A stretch of DNA of 63,965 nucleotides, filler included, from Candidatus Tectimicrobiota bacterium (GTDB lineage Bacteria; JACPSX01): NCBI GenBank assembly GCA_016193065.1. It is 5 parts of 5 records of this genome, joined end to end, with 100 filler letters (N's around TTAATTAATTAA, not from the genome) between each part and the next. Parts side by side here need not be neighbours in the genome. Positions count along the whole stretch, not along the records: positions 26,367 to 37,121 come from JACPSX010000260.1; 4 more parts are not named here. One strand, 5' to 3'. Shown here in pieces: positions 27,825 to 37,221 of the stretch (the stretch's first letter is position 1; each line of letters opens with the position of its first letter). The translations under genes and the position numbers were made by a program. The notes beneath the pieces were generated by a model. The model worked only from the letters and a program-made list of their open reading frames with translations, did not search any database and was not told the DNA's origin.

Positions 27825-28012
27825 AAGTTTTGCAGGCGCCGCACTGTCCTTCCCGAGGGGTTGCCCCCGTAGGCGATCTAAGCGGTTGCGAGGAAGAGAA
27901 CTCTCAATCCGGCCCACAGGATTCACGTCGCAAGCGCTTCGTGAGCCCAAGGGGGCACCCCGAGGAATCTGCGAGAGAATCAACTCAGCGAGGAAAAATC
28001 GACCCTGGCAAT

Positions 28013-29860
28013 TTATACGGATGTCGGCCACAGGGTGCGGGCCACCTGATCGAGGCCGAACTTGCGCAAGGTCCCGGCGGCGGGTTTTCCGGTCTCCAGG
28101 TCCCAGCCCATGGCCCGATAGAAATCATCCTTCAAGGGCTCCAGGTTTATGACTTCTCCGGCACTGGGACCATCCGGGAGTTTCTCTTTCAGAAGACGGT
28201 CTGGAAGCCGATCGCCAGCCCGGGTCAATCCATCACGTACCTGCAGTGCCCTCTCCAGGTTCAAGACGCGCTCCCCGATCTCCAGAAGACCTTCCGCAGT
28301 ATATTTCTCCCCGGTGATGGCGGTCAGCGCTCGGGCCACGACCTCCTCGCTGTAAACGGAGCGGGAAAAGGTGCACAGGACGGCGGAATCAAAGACAATT
28401 CGCGACAGGGCCAGCCGGCGGGTGAGATCCCCCTTGCCCGCCATCTCGGCTCCCTTGCCGCCGACGGTCTCCGTGCGGGCGGGAAGCCCGAGATCGTGAT
28501 GGCAGCCTCCCCGGGTTCCCACGGAGTACTGGATTGCCTGTCCTTTGGCTCCCCGGCACTCGTAGCCCCCCAGCTCCAGCCCCTTGCCGTGCATGGCGAA
28601 AGCCTGCGAGCCCTGCCCGATCTTGGCGGCAGCCCGCATGACTCCTTCCCCCAAAAGCTCCCCAAGCCCCTGGCGCTCGCCGATGCGGCGCACCATCTCC
28701 ACCATCTCCCGGTGGTTGCCGAAATAAAGTCTCAAGCCGTCGGCGTCGTGTTCCTTTAAGATCCCCCGCTCATAACACTCCATGGCGAAGCTGATGGCGA
28801 CCCCGGTCGAAATGGTATCCATCCCGTACTCGTCACAGAGCTTCTCGGCCGCCATAATGGCGTCAAAGCGGTCCACGCCGCAGTTGGAACCAAAGGAATA
28901 GATCGTGTCGTACTCGGGCCCTTCCACGACGGTTCCCGCGTACTCCCCCTCCTTGACCACGTCGTGGTGGCTGCAAGGCATGACACACAGGGGCCCGCAG
29001 ACGGAGTTCTTCACGCTGTATTTAGGTCTCTGGTGATGAGCGGAAATCCCCTGGGCTCCCTCAAAGGAGCCCCTCTGCCAGTTCCGGGTCGGCAGCATGC
29101 CCAGCTCGGACAGGGACTCCACATCGGAACCGAGCCCGTAGCGGGCCCGCTCCATGGTCACCGGGTGCCGGCTCGCCATTTCGATCATCTCCGCCAGCGC
29201 CTTCATGAGAGCCTGAGGGTCCTTCGCCGGAATGACGCCGTCGCCGCAAATCACGAACCCTTTCAGCTTCTTGGTCCCCAAAACGGCTCCGGAGCCCCCG
29301 CGGCTGAAGCTGCGATGGTTCGGCCCGCCGCTGATCGTGGCGGCAAAGCGCACCAGCTTTTCCCCGGCGGGTCCAATGACCACGGTCTCCTGATCCCTGA
29401 ACCCGGATTCCCGGGCCATGATCTCCTGGGCTTCCCCGGTCATCTTTCCCCAGAGATGGCCGGCGCCCCTGAACTCCACGCGGTTGTTATGGATCCAAAG
29501 GTAAGTGGGCTCCGCCGCAGCCCCTTCAATCAGGATGGCAAAGTAGCCGCAACGCCGCAGGTGGTCCCCCAGGGCTCCCCCTCCGGAGGCGTAGCTGTAG
29601 TAACCCGTAGCGGGAGACTTGAAACTGACGATGGACTTGCTGGTCATCACCATGCCGGCACCCTGGGCTGGACCAATGGCAAAGACGACCCGATTTTCAT
29701 CTCCCAGGGGTTCGGCCCCCACCGGTAGATGATCCCAGAGAAGCTTTGCCCCCAGACCTCTTCCCCCCAGGAAAAGGGGGATTTCCCGAGCATCGAGTTC
29801 AACGTCGGCTGCTTCCCGGCGACTGAGATCCACCCTGAGGATTTTTGGTTTTCCGATCAT
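28013..29860 (-). CDS. Aldehyde:ferredoxin oxidoreductase family (tungstoenzyme)
   Basis: GGRGLG, KSPATG, IGPAGE, GPEYDT, CDEYGMDTIS, TRGGCH. Confidence 0.9.
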   Translation of the reverse strand: MIGKPKILRVDLSRREAADVELDAREIPLFLGGRGLGAKLLWDHLPVGAEPLGDENRVVFAIGPAQGAGMVMTSKSIVSFKSPATGYYSYASGGGALGDHLRRCGYFAILIEGAAAEPTYLWIHNNRVEFRGAGHLWGKMTGEAQEIMARESGFRDQETVVIGPAGEKLVRFAATISGGPNHRSFSRGGSGAVLGTKKLKGFVICGDGVIPAKDPQALMKALAEMIEMASRHPVTMERARYGLGSDVESLSELGMLPTRNWQRGSFEGAQGISAHHQRPKYSVKNSVCGPLCVMPCSHHDVVKEGEYAGTVVEGPEYDTIYSFGSNCGVDRFDAIMAAEKLCDEYGMDTISTGVAISFAMECYERGILKEHDADGLRLYFGNHREMVEMVRRIGERQGLGELLGEGVMRAAAKIGQGSQAFAMHGKGLELGGYECRGAKGQAIQYSVGTRGGCHHDLGLPARTETVGGKGAEMAGKGDLTRRLALSRIVFDSAVLCTFSRSVYSEEVVARALTAITGEKYTAEGLLEIGERVLNLERALQVRDGLTRAGDRLPDRLLKEKLPDGPSAGEVINLEPLKDDFYRAMGWDLETGKPAAGTLRKFGLDQVARTLWPTSV

Positions 29861-30133
29861 GGGTACTCCACCTTTTCAAATCACGGGAGTTTCACCTTGA
29901 ACCTAGGAAGCACCCCTAAGTTCTGTCTTCACAATCTGCCCCAGTATCAAATCCCCCTTCCAGAGAAGCAATGGAGCATTTTCCCCATTTTCCTGGGGTT
30001 CCAGACCAGGTCTTGGGAACGCTTCTTGCTTCGTTGTTGCCTGCGGGGGTCTGTGTTATGTTGAGGCGTTGAGCAGTCAGCAATGAGCTGTCAGCCAGAA
30101 GGGAACAGACGGATCCCAAGAAACAGGAAACAG

Positions 30134-31954
30134 ATGAGCAGAAGGTTTCGGTTCATGAATGGGTTTTTTAAGGATCGGCGCACCAGCCGCTATTTTCTTG
30201 CCTCCCTCGCCGTTCTCCTGCTGGCCATCGCAGGAATCGGCCTGCTCGCGGCCGTGAAGCAGAGGGACAACCTGACCCGGGTCCTCATGGAGGAAGGGTC
30301 CTCCCTGGCCGCGGTCTTGCAGGTCGGCGGCCGCAATGCAGTGGCCGCCAACCGGGCGCTGGAAAACTTGATCGCCCAGCGCCTTCTGGACAACGCCCGC
30401 CTGATCGACGAGCTGGCCGGCAACGGCAGAATCTCGGAGGGGGACCTCTTGGAAATTGCCCGGGAGAACCGTCTCCAGAAGATCGAAATCCTCAATGAGC
30501 GGGGAGAGCCCGAGGAACTTCGGCCGGGGCGGGGGCCGTTTGCATGGGGTGAGATGATGCGCAGGCTGGGCCCCGGTTCGCCGGATCCAGAGAGGAGGCG
30601 GGGTCCCTTCGGCCGCATGATGGAGCAGATACCTCGGGAGATGCGTGAGGAGATGCGCCAGCACATGCGACAGCACTTTTACTCCCCCCTCCTGGAAGGA
30701 AAGGCCAAGGAAGCTCTACAAGGTTTTGGAGAAAGGCAATTCTGGCAAGGACGTCAGTTCGGAGTGGCCGTGCGGCGCAAGAGCGCCCCGGGAGCGATTG
30801 TCATCACCGCCAACGCCGACTATATCTTAAGCTTCCGTGAGGAGGTGGGCCTGCAGAAGCTCATGGACGACCTGCGCTCCGACCCGCGGCTGCGCTACGT
30901 CTCCCTGCAAGACGCCAACTTCAAGGTGGTCACATCCAGCGACCGCAGCCGCCTTGGCCAAGAAGAAAAGAACCCCTTCCTGGAAGGGATTTTGAAATCC
31001 GGCCGTGAGGCCAGCCGAGTCCTGGATTCCCCCGAGGGCAGAAAAACACTGGAGGTGGCGGCGCCCTTCCTCGTCGAAGGGGCTCCCCTGGGACTCTTTC
31101 GCATCGGGCTCAGCATGGACCACGTGGAAGCCGCCTGGCAAAACGCCCTGCGCTCCCTGTTCCTCTACGGAGCCGCCGTTCTCCTGGTGGCGGCATTCGC
31201 CGTGGGGACGATTTTTTCCGAGCAGCAGGCCCAGATGCGGCGCGCCCGCGTATTGGAAAAGGAAGCGGAGGAGCGCCATCGCCTGGCTTCCCTCGGAAAT
31301 CTCGCCGCAGGCGTGGCCCACGAGGTGAGAAACCCCCTCAATGCCATCGGCATGGGGCTGCAGAGATTGCAGCGCGAATTCCGCCCGGGCTCTGCGCAGG
31401 ACGGCGCGGAGTATCAGGAGATCTTGCGGGTGATCCGGGACGAGGTGAACCGCTTGAACGGGATCATTGAAAACTTTCTCACGCTGGCCCGCCCCATGAA
31501 CCTGCAAAAGGAGCCGGTTTCCCTGTCCACGGTCGTCTCCGAACTGGAGACCTTGCTGCGCGAGGAAATCCGGGCCAAGGGCCTGCACTGGGAGACCCGC
31601 CTGGAGCCGAATCTTCCCGCCGTCGCGGCCGACCCCAGGCAGCTCAAGCAAGCCCTCATGAACCTCATCTTGAACGGAATCCAGGCCACCCCTCCCGAGG
31701 GAAGCCTGGAGCTCCTCGCCACCCCCAATGATAGAGGTATTCTGCTCTCCGTGAGGGATTCGGGGGCGGGGATCAGCCCGGAAGACCGGGAGAGGATTTT
31801 TGACCCTTACTTCACGACCAAACAGGGCGGAACCGGCCTGGGGCTCACCCTGGCCCGCCAGATCATCGAAGCCCACGCAGGGAGGATCAGCGTGGAGAGT
31901 TCTCCGGGACAGGGGAGCACGTTCACCTTGTGGCTCCCCACAGGGGATGAATAG
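30134..31954 (+). CDS. Sensor histidine kinase (ZraS/AtoS-like) with Met-rich periplasmic insert
   Basis: Two TM segments, AHEVRNPL H-box, NLILNG, DSGAGI, GTGLGL. Confidence 0.9.
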   Translation: MSRRFRFMNGFFKDRRTSRYFLASLAVLLLAIAGIGLLAAVKQRDNLTRVLMEEGSSLAAVLQVGGRNAVAANRALENLIAQRLLDNARLIDELAGNGRISEGDLLEIARENRLQKIEILNERGEPEELRPGRGPFAWGEMMRRLGPGSPDPERRRGPFGRMMEQIPREMREEMRQHMRQHFYSPLLEGKAKEALQGFGERQFWQGRQFGVAVRRKSAPGAIVITANADYILSFREEVGLQKLMDDLRSDPRLRYVSLQDANFKVVTSSDRSRLGQEEKNPFLEGILKSGREASRVLDSPEGRKTLEVAAPFLVEGAPLGLFRIGLSMDHVEAAWQNALRSLFLYGAAVLLVAAFAVGTIFSEQQAQMRRARVLEKEAEERHRLASLGNLAAGVAHEVRNPLNAIGMGLQRLQREFRPGSAQDGAEYQEILRVIRDEVNRLNGIIENFLTLARPMNLQKEPVSLSTVVSELETLLREEIRAKGLHWETRLEPNLPAVAADPRQLKQALMNLILNGIQATPPEGSLELLATPNDRGILLSVRDSGAGISPEDRERIFDPYFTTKQGGTGLGLTLARQIIEAHAGRISVESSPGQGSTFTLWLPTGDE

Positions 31955-31959
31955 CAGCC

Positions 31960-33321
31960 ATGGATTCGCTTTCAATCCTCGTTGTCGACGACGAGAAGGC
32001 GCAGCGCGACATGGTGTGCGGCTTCTTGCGCAAGGAGGGGTTTCAGGTTCTGGGCGCGATAAGCGGAGAAGAGGCCCTGGAGATCCTGCGGTCCCGGAGC
32101 ATCGACATGGTCCTCTCCGATTTCCGTATGCCGGGCTTGAGTGGCCTCGAACTCCTTCAGGGAGCCAAGAAGATCAACCCGGAAACCCCGGTTGTCATCG
32201 TGACCGCTTATGGAACCGTGGACAGCGCCGTGCAGGCCATGAAAGAGGGGGCCTACGATTACCTGACCAAGCCGATCCAGCTCGACGAGCTCCTCCAGCT
32301 CATCCGCCGCATTGAAGAGCGCCAACACCTGGTGCGAGAGGTCAAAGAGCTGAAGGAAAAACTGCTGGATCGCTTCCGTTTCGACAACATCGTGGGCAGC
32401 AGCGGAAAGATGCAGGAGGTGCTTAGTCTGGTCGCCCGGGTGGCGGCCAGCGACTCCACAGTCCTCATCCGGGGAGAAAGCGGCACCGGGAAGGAACTCA
32501 TCGCCAAGGCGCTCCACTACAACAGCCCTCGCAGCCGCGGCCCTTTCATTAGAGTAAACATTGCCGCTCTCCCGGAAACCCTTCTTGAAAGCGAACTTTT
32601 CGGGCATGAAAAAGGCGCCTTTACGGGGGCGGCGGAAACGCGCCGGGGCCGGTTCGAGGTGGCCCACGGTGGGACTCTGTTCCTGGATGAAATTGGGGAC
32701 TTAAGCTCCTCCCTCCAGGTCAAGCTCCTGCGGGTCTTGCAGGAAAGGGAGTTCGAGCGCCTGGGAAGCACGCGCCCGATCAAGGTGGACATCCGGATCC
32801 TCGCCGCCACCAACCAGAATCTGGAAGAAGCAGTGCAGGAAAAGCGCTTTCGGGAGGATCTTTACTACCGCCTCAACGTGGTCCCCATCTTCCTGCCCCC
32901 TCTGCGGGAACGGCGGGAGGACATCCCCGACTTGCTGGACCATCTCCTCCGGAAGTTCTCGCAAGCGCAAAGAAAGAAAGTGGAAGGGATCAGCCGGGAA
33001 GCCCTGGCCCTCCTGCTCAAGTACAACTATCCGGGAAACGTGCGGGAGATGGAGAATCTCATCGAGCGGGCAGTGATCTTGACCCGCCACAACGTGATCA
33101 TACCCGAAGACCTGCCCTCGTACCTGCGAGAATCCCCGATCACAGAACAGCCGGAGCGAGCGGATACCGGCAAAAGCCTCACTGGCGCAGTGGAGCAAAT
33201 TGAAATGCAAATGATCCGGCGGGCTCTGGAGGTCCACGGGGGCGTGCAGGTGCGGGCCGCCGAAGAACTCGGGATCAGCGAGCGCGTTTTACGGTACAAA
33301 ATTAAAAAGTACGGACTCTAA
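31960..33321 (+). CDS. Sigma54-dependent response regulator (NtrC/ZraR family)
   Basis: REC domain, GESGTGKE, GAFTGA, Fis-type HTH. Confidence 0.95.
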   Translation: MDSLSILVVDDEKAQRDMVCGFLRKEGFQVLGAISGEEALEILRSRSIDMVLSDFRMPGLSGLELLQGAKKINPETPVVIVTAYGTVDSAVQAMKEGAYDYLTKPIQLDELLQLIRRIEERQHLVREVKELKEKLLDRFRFDNIVGSSGKMQEVLSLVARVAASDSTVLIRGESGTGKELIAKALHYNSPRSRGPFIRVNIAALPETLLESELFGHEKGAFTGAAETRRGRFEVAHGGTLFLDEIGDLSSSLQVKLLRVLQEREFERLGSTRPIKVDIRILAATNQNLEEAVQEKRFREDLYYRLNVVPIFLPPLRERREDIPDLLDHLLRKFSQAQRKKVEGISREALALLLKYNYPGNVREMENLIERAVILTRHNVIIPEDLPSYLRESPITEQPERADTGKSLTGAVEQIEMQMIRRALEVHGGVQVRAAEELGISERVLRYKIKKYGL

Positions 33322-33347
33322 TGTCGAAAGTTCGACAAAGCTGTCGG
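33322..33347. promoter_or_regulatory. Putative enhancer (UAS) palindromes
   Basis: TGTCGAAAGTTCGACA and overlapping CGACAAAGCTGTCG about 100 nt upstream of the sigma54 promoter. Confidence 0.5.
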
Positions 33348-33433
33348 ACCAACCGTGAGGTCCTCTTCCCCTATTACCCCATCAAGCAAGGCAACTCTTT
33401 GGAAAGCGAGCACTTTCCTTGTCTCCGTCGCAA

Positions 33434-33449
33434 TGGCACAACCCCTGCA
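33434..33449 (+). promoter_or_regulatory. Sigma54 -24/-12 promoter
   Basis: TGGCAC-AACCC-CTGCA, near consensus TGGCAC-N5-TTGCW. Confidence 0.8.
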
Positions 33450-33509
33450 TTTAGTGAAGGCAGAACGACATCCCCAAGGTGGGGATGAGACGGACAGGAG
33501 GAAAGGAAA

Positions 33510-33941
33510 ATGAAGAAAGGGATCATCGCAGTCGCTGTGGCAGCCATCCTGGCTGCCGGCACCCTGGCCTACGCTCAAGGCTTCGGTTACGGCAGAGGAT
33601 ACGGCCCGGGTCACGGCATGGGACCCGGCATGATGAGAGGGGGGATGATGGGCGGCCAGTGGGGCCAAGGGCCTAGGGGATTTGCCGGCCCGGGGGCAGG
33701 TTATGCGGGTGATCACCCCTGCTGGCAAGCCGCGAGCGCGACGGGGCAGCCTCTGACCAAGGAACAAGCCACGGCCCTCGTCCAGAACCGGCTCACCCGC
33801 TCCGGCAACCCGAACCTGAAGATCGGCAATGTGACCGAGAAGGACGGCATCTTTGAAGTGGAGATCGTGACCAAGGACAATTCCCTGGTGGAAAAAGTTC
33901 AGATCAACAAGCAGACCGGCTGGACACAGAGAGCCTTCTAA
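33510..33941 (+). CDS. Exported Gly/Met-rich protein (ZraP-like role, PepSY-like C-terminus)
   Basis: Signal peptide, GYGPGHGMGPGMMRGGMMG, FEVEIVTKDNSLVEKVQINKQTG. Confidence 0.7.
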   Translation: MKKGIIAVAVAAILAAGTLAYAQGFGYGRGYGPGHGMGPGMMRGGMMGGQWGQGPRGFAGPGAGYAGDHPCWQAASATGQPLTKEQATALVQNRLTRSGNPNLKIGNVTEKDGIFEVEIVTKDNSLVEKVQINKQTGWTQRAF

Positions 33942-33958
33942 ACCCCTGCGCCAACGAA

Positions 33959-34001
33959 GAACTCCCCCGGGATAAATCAACCCCGGGGGAGTTTCATTTT
34001 T
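33959..34001 (+). terminator. Rho-independent terminator
   Basis: AACTCCCCCGGG-loop-CCCGGGGGAGTT followed by T-rich tail. Confidence 0.8.
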
Positions 34002-34158
34002 CGCAGTTTTGGTTGGAGCAGGCGCTACAGGCAAATGATGCGATTTCCTCATTTACATCAGTCCAGCCTGGCCCCAATATGGGACAATTGTTCAAAGCGC
34101 CCAAAGGGTGCGAGGAAGGGAAGGATCACCACCCTAGGACGGAAGGAGGAATCTGCAC

Positions 34159-34902
34159 ATGGTGTTAGATGGGAAGGCCGCAATCGTTACCGGTGCCAGC
34201 ATGGGGATCGGAGCCGCCATGGCCATCGATCTCGCCGAGAACGGGGCCGATGTGGCCATTAACTACCGCAAGCACGACGCCGAAGCCCGGGAAATTGCCA
34301 ACAAGATCGAGGCGGCGGGGCGCCGCTGTCTGGTCATCAAGGCCGATGTCTCCTCCTTCACGGATGCCGAAAAAATGGTGGCCGAAGTGAGGGAGAAATT
34401 CGGCCGGCTGGACATCCTGGTGAACAACGCGGGGATCAACTGGGACGGGGTCATCTGGAAGATGACCGAGGAGCAGTGGGACACGGTGCTCACCATCAAC
34501 CTGAAGGGCTACTTCAATTATGCCCGGGCGGTGGCGGGAATTTTCCGCGAGCAAAAATCGGGGAAGATCGTGAACATCACCTCCATCAACGGCCTCAGGG
34601 GAAAATTCGGGCAGACCAATTACTCGGCCGCCAAAGCAGGAATCATCGGCTTCACCAAGGCCCTGGCCAAGGAACTGGGCCGCTCCAACGTGAATGTGAA
34701 CGCCGTGGCCCCCGGCTTCATTCTGACCCCCATGTACGAGTCAGTTCCCGAAGACGTCAAGCAGCAGGCGATCAACGAGATCGCGCTGGGGCGCCCGGGG
34801 AAGCCCGAAGAAGTGGCCGCCGTGGTCACCTTCCTGTGCTCCGAAAAGGCCCGCCACATCCACGGAGAAATTATTAAGGTGGACGGCGGGCAATATATAT
34901 AA
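34159..34902 (+). CDS. SDR 3-oxoacyl-ACP/acetoacetyl-CoA reductase (FabG/PhaB-like)
   Basis: TGASMGIG, NNAGI, GQTNYSAAKAG. Confidence 0.9.
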   Translation: MVLDGKAAIVTGASMGIGAAMAIDLAENGADVAINYRKHDAEAREIANKIEAAGRRCLVIKADVSSFTDAEKMVAEVREKFGRLDILVNNAGINWDGVIWKMTEEQWDTVLTINLKGYFNYARAVAGIFREQKSGKIVNITSINGLRGKFGQTNYSAAKAGIIGFTKALAKELGRSNVNVNAVAPGFILTPMYESVPEDVKQQAINEIALGRPGKPEEVAAVVTFLCSEKARHIHGEIIKVDGGQYI

Positions 34903-35000
34903 CGGCAAGCATTCAACCGTCAGCACTCAGCAAAATATCACCTCCACCCATTCCCTCCCCCTGCGAGGGGGAGGGTTGGGGAGGGGGCACGGAGGAACAC

Positions 35001-36191
35001 ATGGAACTGAAAGATATCGTCGCAGTGAGCGCCGTGCGGACTCCCATGGGCCGCTTTGGAGGAACACTGAAAGACATCCCGGCCTGGGATCTGGGCGGCA
35101 TTGCCATTGCCAGCGCCCTCAAACGTGTCGATCTGAGAGGCGACCAGGTCAGCGAGGTGATTTACGGCAACTGCCGCCAGGCCGGCAACGGGCCTAACCC
35201 TTCCCGGACCGCCTCCATCAAAGGGGGAATCCCCCGCTCGGTTTCCACCCAGACCATCAACATGGCCTGTCCCTCGGGGATGAAGACCATTGCCCTGGCC
35301 TCACTGTCCATTCGAGCCGGCGACTCGGAAATCGTCGTGGTCGGAGGCATGGACAGCATGAGCACGATCCCCTACCTCCTGAAGGGAGTGCGCTGGGAAG
35401 GGTTCAAGATGGGGGACAAGACCCTCCTGGACGGCTGGAGCGACAGCATCGATCCTTTGTGCAACATGGGGATGGGACAGACCGCCGAAAACCTGGTGGA
35501 GAAATACGGGATCAGCCGCCAGGAGCAGGATCAGTTTGCCGTCGATAGCCACCAGAAAGCGGCCCGGGCCCAGGACGAGGGCTGGTTTGACAACGAGATC
35601 GTCCCCGTGGAGATTCCACCCCAGGGGAAAACTCCGGGAATCAACTTCACGAAGGACGAAAGCATCCGCCGCGACACCACCCTGGAGAAGATGGCCACTC
35701 TGCCCGCCGCCTTTAAGAAAGGGGGCACGGTCACTGCTGCAAACGCCTGCGGGATGACGGACGGGGCTACGGCTCTGATCCTCATGTCGCGGGATAAGGC
35801 CAAGTCCCTGGGGCTGAAACCGCTCTTCTCTCTGCTGGCTTATTCCTCTACCGCCGTGGACCCCGAGACCATGGGGGAAGGGCCGGGCGTCGCCATCCCG
35901 CTGGCCCTAAAGCACGCGGGCATGGCGCTGAACGACATGGACCTGATCGAGGTCAACGAGGCTTTCGCCGTCCAGATCCTGGCCAACGAGCGGGTTCTGC
36001 AGTGGGACCGCAGCAAGTTGAACGTCCACGGCGGGGCCATTGCCCTGGGCCACCCCACGGGGATCAGCGGGGCCCGCATCGTCGGCACCCTGTACAACGC
36101 CCTGAGCCGCCTCAACAAGGAGCTGGGCATCGCCTCCATTTGCGGAGGCGGGGGAGTGACGATGGGAATGATCATCCGGCGGGAAAACTAG
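35001..36191 (+). CDS. Acetyl-CoA C-acyltransferase (thiolase)
   Basis: INMACPSG, NEAFA, GHPTGISG, CGGGG. Confidence 0.92.
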   Translation: MELKDIVAVSAVRTPMGRFGGTLKDIPAWDLGGIAIASALKRVDLRGDQVSEVIYGNCRQAGNGPNPSRTASIKGGIPRSVSTQTINMACPSGMKTIALASLSIRAGDSEIVVVGGMDSMSTIPYLLKGVRWEGFKMGDKTLLDGWSDSIDPLCNMGMGQTAENLVEKYGISRQEQDQFAVDSHQKAARAQDEGWFDNEIVPVEIPPQGKTPGINFTKDESIRRDTTLEKMATLPAAFKKGGTVTAANACGMTDGATALILMSRDKAKSLGLKPLFSLLAYSSTAVDPETMGEGPGVAIPLALKHAGMALNDMDLIEVNEAFAVQILANERVLQWDRSKLNVHGGAIALGHPTGISGARIVGTLYNALSRLNKELGIASICGGGGVTMGMIIRREN

Positions 36192-36326
36192 CAGGCTGCT
36201 GAAAAAGTCCCTTTCGTGGTTCGACAAGCTCACCACGAACGGAGAAACTTCCAGAATTTCAATGCGTGCTCCGTTCGCCCTGAGCGCGTCGAAGGGTGAA
36301 CGGAGGGTTTTTCAGCAGCCTGCTAG
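36188..36326. mobile_element. MITE-like element carrying a REP doublet
   Basis: 19-bp perfect terminal IR CTAGCAGGCTGCTGAAAAA; internal TTCGACAAGCTCA REP pair; supplies the thiolase TAG stop. Confidence 0.75.
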
Positions 36327-36332
36327 AAAACA

Positions 36333-36929
36333 TTATTTCCCCAAACCGCTGACGATTTCCGCCCGGAGATCATCGTACGACACGGCACCATCAATCCGCT
36401 TGCGAACGATTCCCTGACGGTCAATCAGGATCGTGATGGGATAGCCGTCGACCTTGTAAGCGCTCATGTCTCGACGGTTCCCCAGGAGATGGGGCCAGGC
36501 GCTGAAATGAGACTTGGCGAAGCGCTCAACGAGCGCCGGTGTGTCGCGGGAATCGGCTGCAATGGTAAAAAACGCCATTTGATCCTTGTAGCTCTCATAG
36601 GCTCGACCCACGGTCGAGGCGAATATATCGCAGTAGGGTCACCCGGTCCAGATGAACTCGACCAGCACAGGCTTTTTGCCAATGTAGTCGGCCAGCGCGT
36701 AGCGCTTCCCCGAGAGGTCGGGAAGCTGAAAGTCGGGGGCCTTTGCCCCCACAGCGGCACCTTCTGCTACACCCCCCGACCCTGAACCGGAAAGCCATCC
36801 GGATTGGTACAGCACCACTCCGATTCCCACGGCCACGAGCCCCAAGATGCCGAAAGCCCAGAGGGGGAATTTGCGCTTCGGGGCGCTCTTTGCCCGGGAA
36901 CCTTGTTTGCGCTTCTTCTTCGATGCCAC
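36333..36929 (-). CDS. Membrane-anchored TlpA/AhpC-TSA-like redoxin, selenoprotein (UPYC motif, TGA at 36639-36641)
   Basis: APDFQLPDLSGKRYALADYIGKKPVLVEFIWTG-TGA-PYC continues in frame to YKVDGYPITILIDRQGIV; GTG start with AAGGAGG RBS. Confidence 0.85.
36602..36638 (-). promoter_or_regulatory. Bacterial SECIS-like hairpin
   Basis: CTCGACC-GTG-GGTCGAG perfect stem; G-U apical loop begins 28 nt after UGA. Confidence 0.7.
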
Positions 36930-37121
36930 TTGATCCTCCTTCAATGTTCGAGAACAGCGACCCGGGTACCCGGCTTCCGGGTGCTCGGAACCCGGGAGGT
37001 CGCCCGCAAGGATAACAGGAAAATAGCAATAATGAATGCGAAAACCGTCAGGCAGTACGGACAAAACGTTTTGAGGACAAAAGCTTCCACCGAGGTTAAA
37101 TAACATTCAAATACCAGGGCG

Positions 37122-37221
37122 NNNNNNNNNNNNNNNNNNNNNNNNNNNNNNNNNNNNNNNNNNNNTTAATTAATTAANNNNNNNNNNNNNNNNNNNNNNN
37201 NNNNNNNNNNNNNNNNNNNNN
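37122..37221. other. Artificial contig linker
   Basis: N run with central TTAATTAATTAA. Confidence 0.97.
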
